NCBI RefSeq assembly: GCF_018350175.1
Contig: NC_058382.1
Coordinates: 56,856,001-56,920,000, forward strand
Source of the DNA: Felis catus
Taxonomy: Eukaryota
Reading direction: 5' to 3'
DNA length: 64,000 bases
The position numbers and the translations under genes were made by a program. Every line of letters begins with the position of its first letter. Positions within the stretch are counted from its first letter, which is position 1. Shown piece after piece: positions 62,271 to 64,000 of this stretch. The notes beneath the pieces are model-generated. The model searched no databases. It worked only from the letters and a program-made list of their open reading frames with translations, and was not told the origin of the DNA.

Positions 62271-62919
62271 CCCAGTCATCTGACTGACTTGAAAAGAGAA
62301 TAGTCCGAGGCTAAAAACAGTGGCCATGAGGGGTGGCCATTTTTGCATGCTGCCCAAGGCCTGCCTCATAGCACATATTCCCACTAAACAAAGGCCTAAA
62401 GTTCAGTCCCTGTGCTGGGGTTATGCTGCGGGCTCCCACCCAAATCCAGAGCTATGGCTGAGGACTAATAAAGACGTAGACTATAGAACCCCAGGGCAAC
62501 ACATGTGGGTCCTGCCCACATTTAGAGTAAATGGATAGTTTGGGTTTGGGTAGTTTTGGGGTTTTTTTGTTTTGTTTTGGGGGGTTTTTTTGGTCTAAGA
62601 ATTTATTTTGATTACTTGAACTTGGATTCTTAAGTAAAAATGCTCTGAGCTGATTATTTCTTTTTTTTTTTTTTGTCTTTTTTTCTTTGTTCCAGCTCTA
62701 TTAGAGTAGAGCTAACAAATAAAAATTGTATGTATTTAAGATGCAGGGTGTAATGATGTGAGAGTGGATTTTTACATCAGTTTGTTTAGATGTTGAATGT
62801 GATCTTTGCAAAGATGGTTTTATCGGTATCATAAATTTGCAGGGGGCAGTTCTTGGTATGCAGTCAGCTCCACAAAATGGGTCCCTTTGAAACAGAGAAT
62901 AATAGCACTGAGCCACAGG

Positions 62920-63065
62920 ACTTCTTGGCGGTGGAATGTTCTATGCGACGCTGCCCAACGCTGTGGCCACTCGCGACATGCGGTTGCTGGACACTTGAGA
63001 TGTGGCTGGCACAACTGAAAACCCAAATTTGGATTTTTATTTGCTATTAATGAATTTAAGCTTAA
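62920..63065. mobile_element. MER3/MER33-like hAT fragment
   Basis: gtggccactcgcgacatgcggttgctggacacttgagatgtggctggcacaactga. Confidence 0.65.
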
Positions 63066-63280
63066 AATTTTTTTTTAATGTTTATTCATTTTTGAGAGAG
63101 ATGGAGAGACAGAACATTAGTAGGGGAGGGACAGAGAGCGAAGGAGACACAGAATCCGAAGCAGGCCCCGGGCGCTGAGCTGTCAGCACAGAGCCCAATG
63201 CGGGGCTCGAACCCACGGACCGTGAGATCGTGACCTCAGCTGAAGTTGGACGCTTAACCGACTGAGCCACCCAGGTGCCC
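63066..63280 (-). mobile_element. CanSINE ending 141 nt upstream of exon 13
   Basis: TSD aatgaatttaag(c/t)ttaaa. Confidence 0.95.
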
Positions 63281-63421
63281 AAATGAATTTAAGTTTAAAC
63301 ACTCCCAGGGTTATAAACCAACATGCAATGCCTGTTTGGTGTGGTTTGAGTCACCAAAACCCGACTCTTTTATTCGGGGAAGTCTAACCCTCTCTCACAA
63401 AGGTCCTCTGGTCCCCCACAG

Positions 63422-63640
63422 ATACACACGCCCTGGTAAGCCTCGTCCAAAACCTGAACAAAGCCAACTACCACCTGCCCATCATGGTGACTGACTCAGG
63501 GAAACCGCCCATGACGAACGTCACAGACCTCAGGATACAAGTATGCTCCTGCAAGAACTCCAAAGTGGACTGCAACGCGGCGGGGGCCCTGCACTTCAGC
63601 GCGACCTTGGTCCTGCTCGCCTCTCTCTTCAGTTTGGCCT
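63422..63640 (+). CDS. CDH13: CDH13 coding exon (exon 13 equivalent), end of EC5 plus GPI-attachment signal, 219 nt, phase 1-1
   Basis: Branch-like tctaac (63383-63388), acceptor cccccacag|AT and donor CCT|gtaagt. Translates (N)[72 protein letters not shown](C): small-residue omega region, then a hydrophobic tail and no cytoplasmic domain, diagnostic of T-cadherin. Confidence 0.97.
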
Positions 63641-64000
63641 GTAAGTAGCCCGAATCCAGGGCGCACACGAGTACGAAAACGCAACTTCCCCAAGGCCACT
63701 GCTTCCCGTATATCTGTCAGCATGATTCATCCCAGAGGAAGCATTCGTTCTTGGGTTATGTCCATATAATAGAAAGTATTACATGTAAAAGGGTTCCAGC
63801 CACTCCAAGGAAATGTGTGAAGACGCTCAGTGTAACCCACAGACCGGGTGATGGGAAAAACTTCCTGCCAGTGCCACTGAACTTGGGCTAATAAGAATGC
63901 GCCGCGTTAGGTCTTCGGTCCGGCAGGGCCTCATTCCTCTCTGCAGTGTGCAGAATTCTCTTTTGCAAGGTTGAAGTAGGTATCGCGCCTTTTTAAGAGC

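Larger units (their letters stand above)
1..64000 (+). other. CDH13: 3' portion of the CDH13 (T-cadherin) gene body: end of intron 10, exons 11-13, start of intron 13 (human numbering)
   Basis: Three collinear + strand exons with canonical AG/GT ends splice in frame into a T-cadherin C-terminal sequence. No exon-10-like or terminal exon is seen inside the window. Confidence 0.95.

Noticed and set aside
513..63282. Recurrent MAQSV.RPTSAQV.ISR peptide family, tRNA-like heads and a repeat-spacer appearance
   Set aside because: All are dispersed CanSINE copies, not a protein family, functional tRNAs or a CRISPR array

Overview
Mammalian genomic DNA from a cat-family (Felidae) genome. The assignment rests on about 38 carnivore tRNA-Lys-derived CanSINEs, including six near-identical copies of a young SINEC_Fc-type subfamily. 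The window is the 3' part of CDH13 (T-cadherin/H-cadherin, a GPI-anchored cadherin) on the + strand. Three coding exons are visible: 40711-40853 (143 nt), 60097-60330 (234 nt) and 63422-63640 (219 nt). By sequence and phase they match human exons 11, 12 and 13 and encode the end of EC4, EC5 and the GPI signal. The preceding exon and the tiny terminal coding exon lie outside the window. Everything else is intron, filled with CanSINEs, L1, L2, MIR, MaLR/ERVL LTRs, hAT MITEs and microsatellites, so nearly all ORF-track entries are spurious. I see no new gene system. The most notable unexplained structures are: a gapless 134-bp, ~85% identical non-SINE inverted duplication (17956-18493); a 38-bp quasi-palindrome that overwrote a SINE tail; an 18-mer shared between an L1 and unique DNA 2.4 kb away; two PBX/MEIS/HOX motif clusters in SINE-poor stretches; inverted SINEs bracketing the in-frame exon 12; and splice features of exon 13 that could yield GPI-less T-cadherin. 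Repeat family names, exon numbering and human comparisons come from recalled sequences, not a database search, and boundaries of old repeats are approximate.
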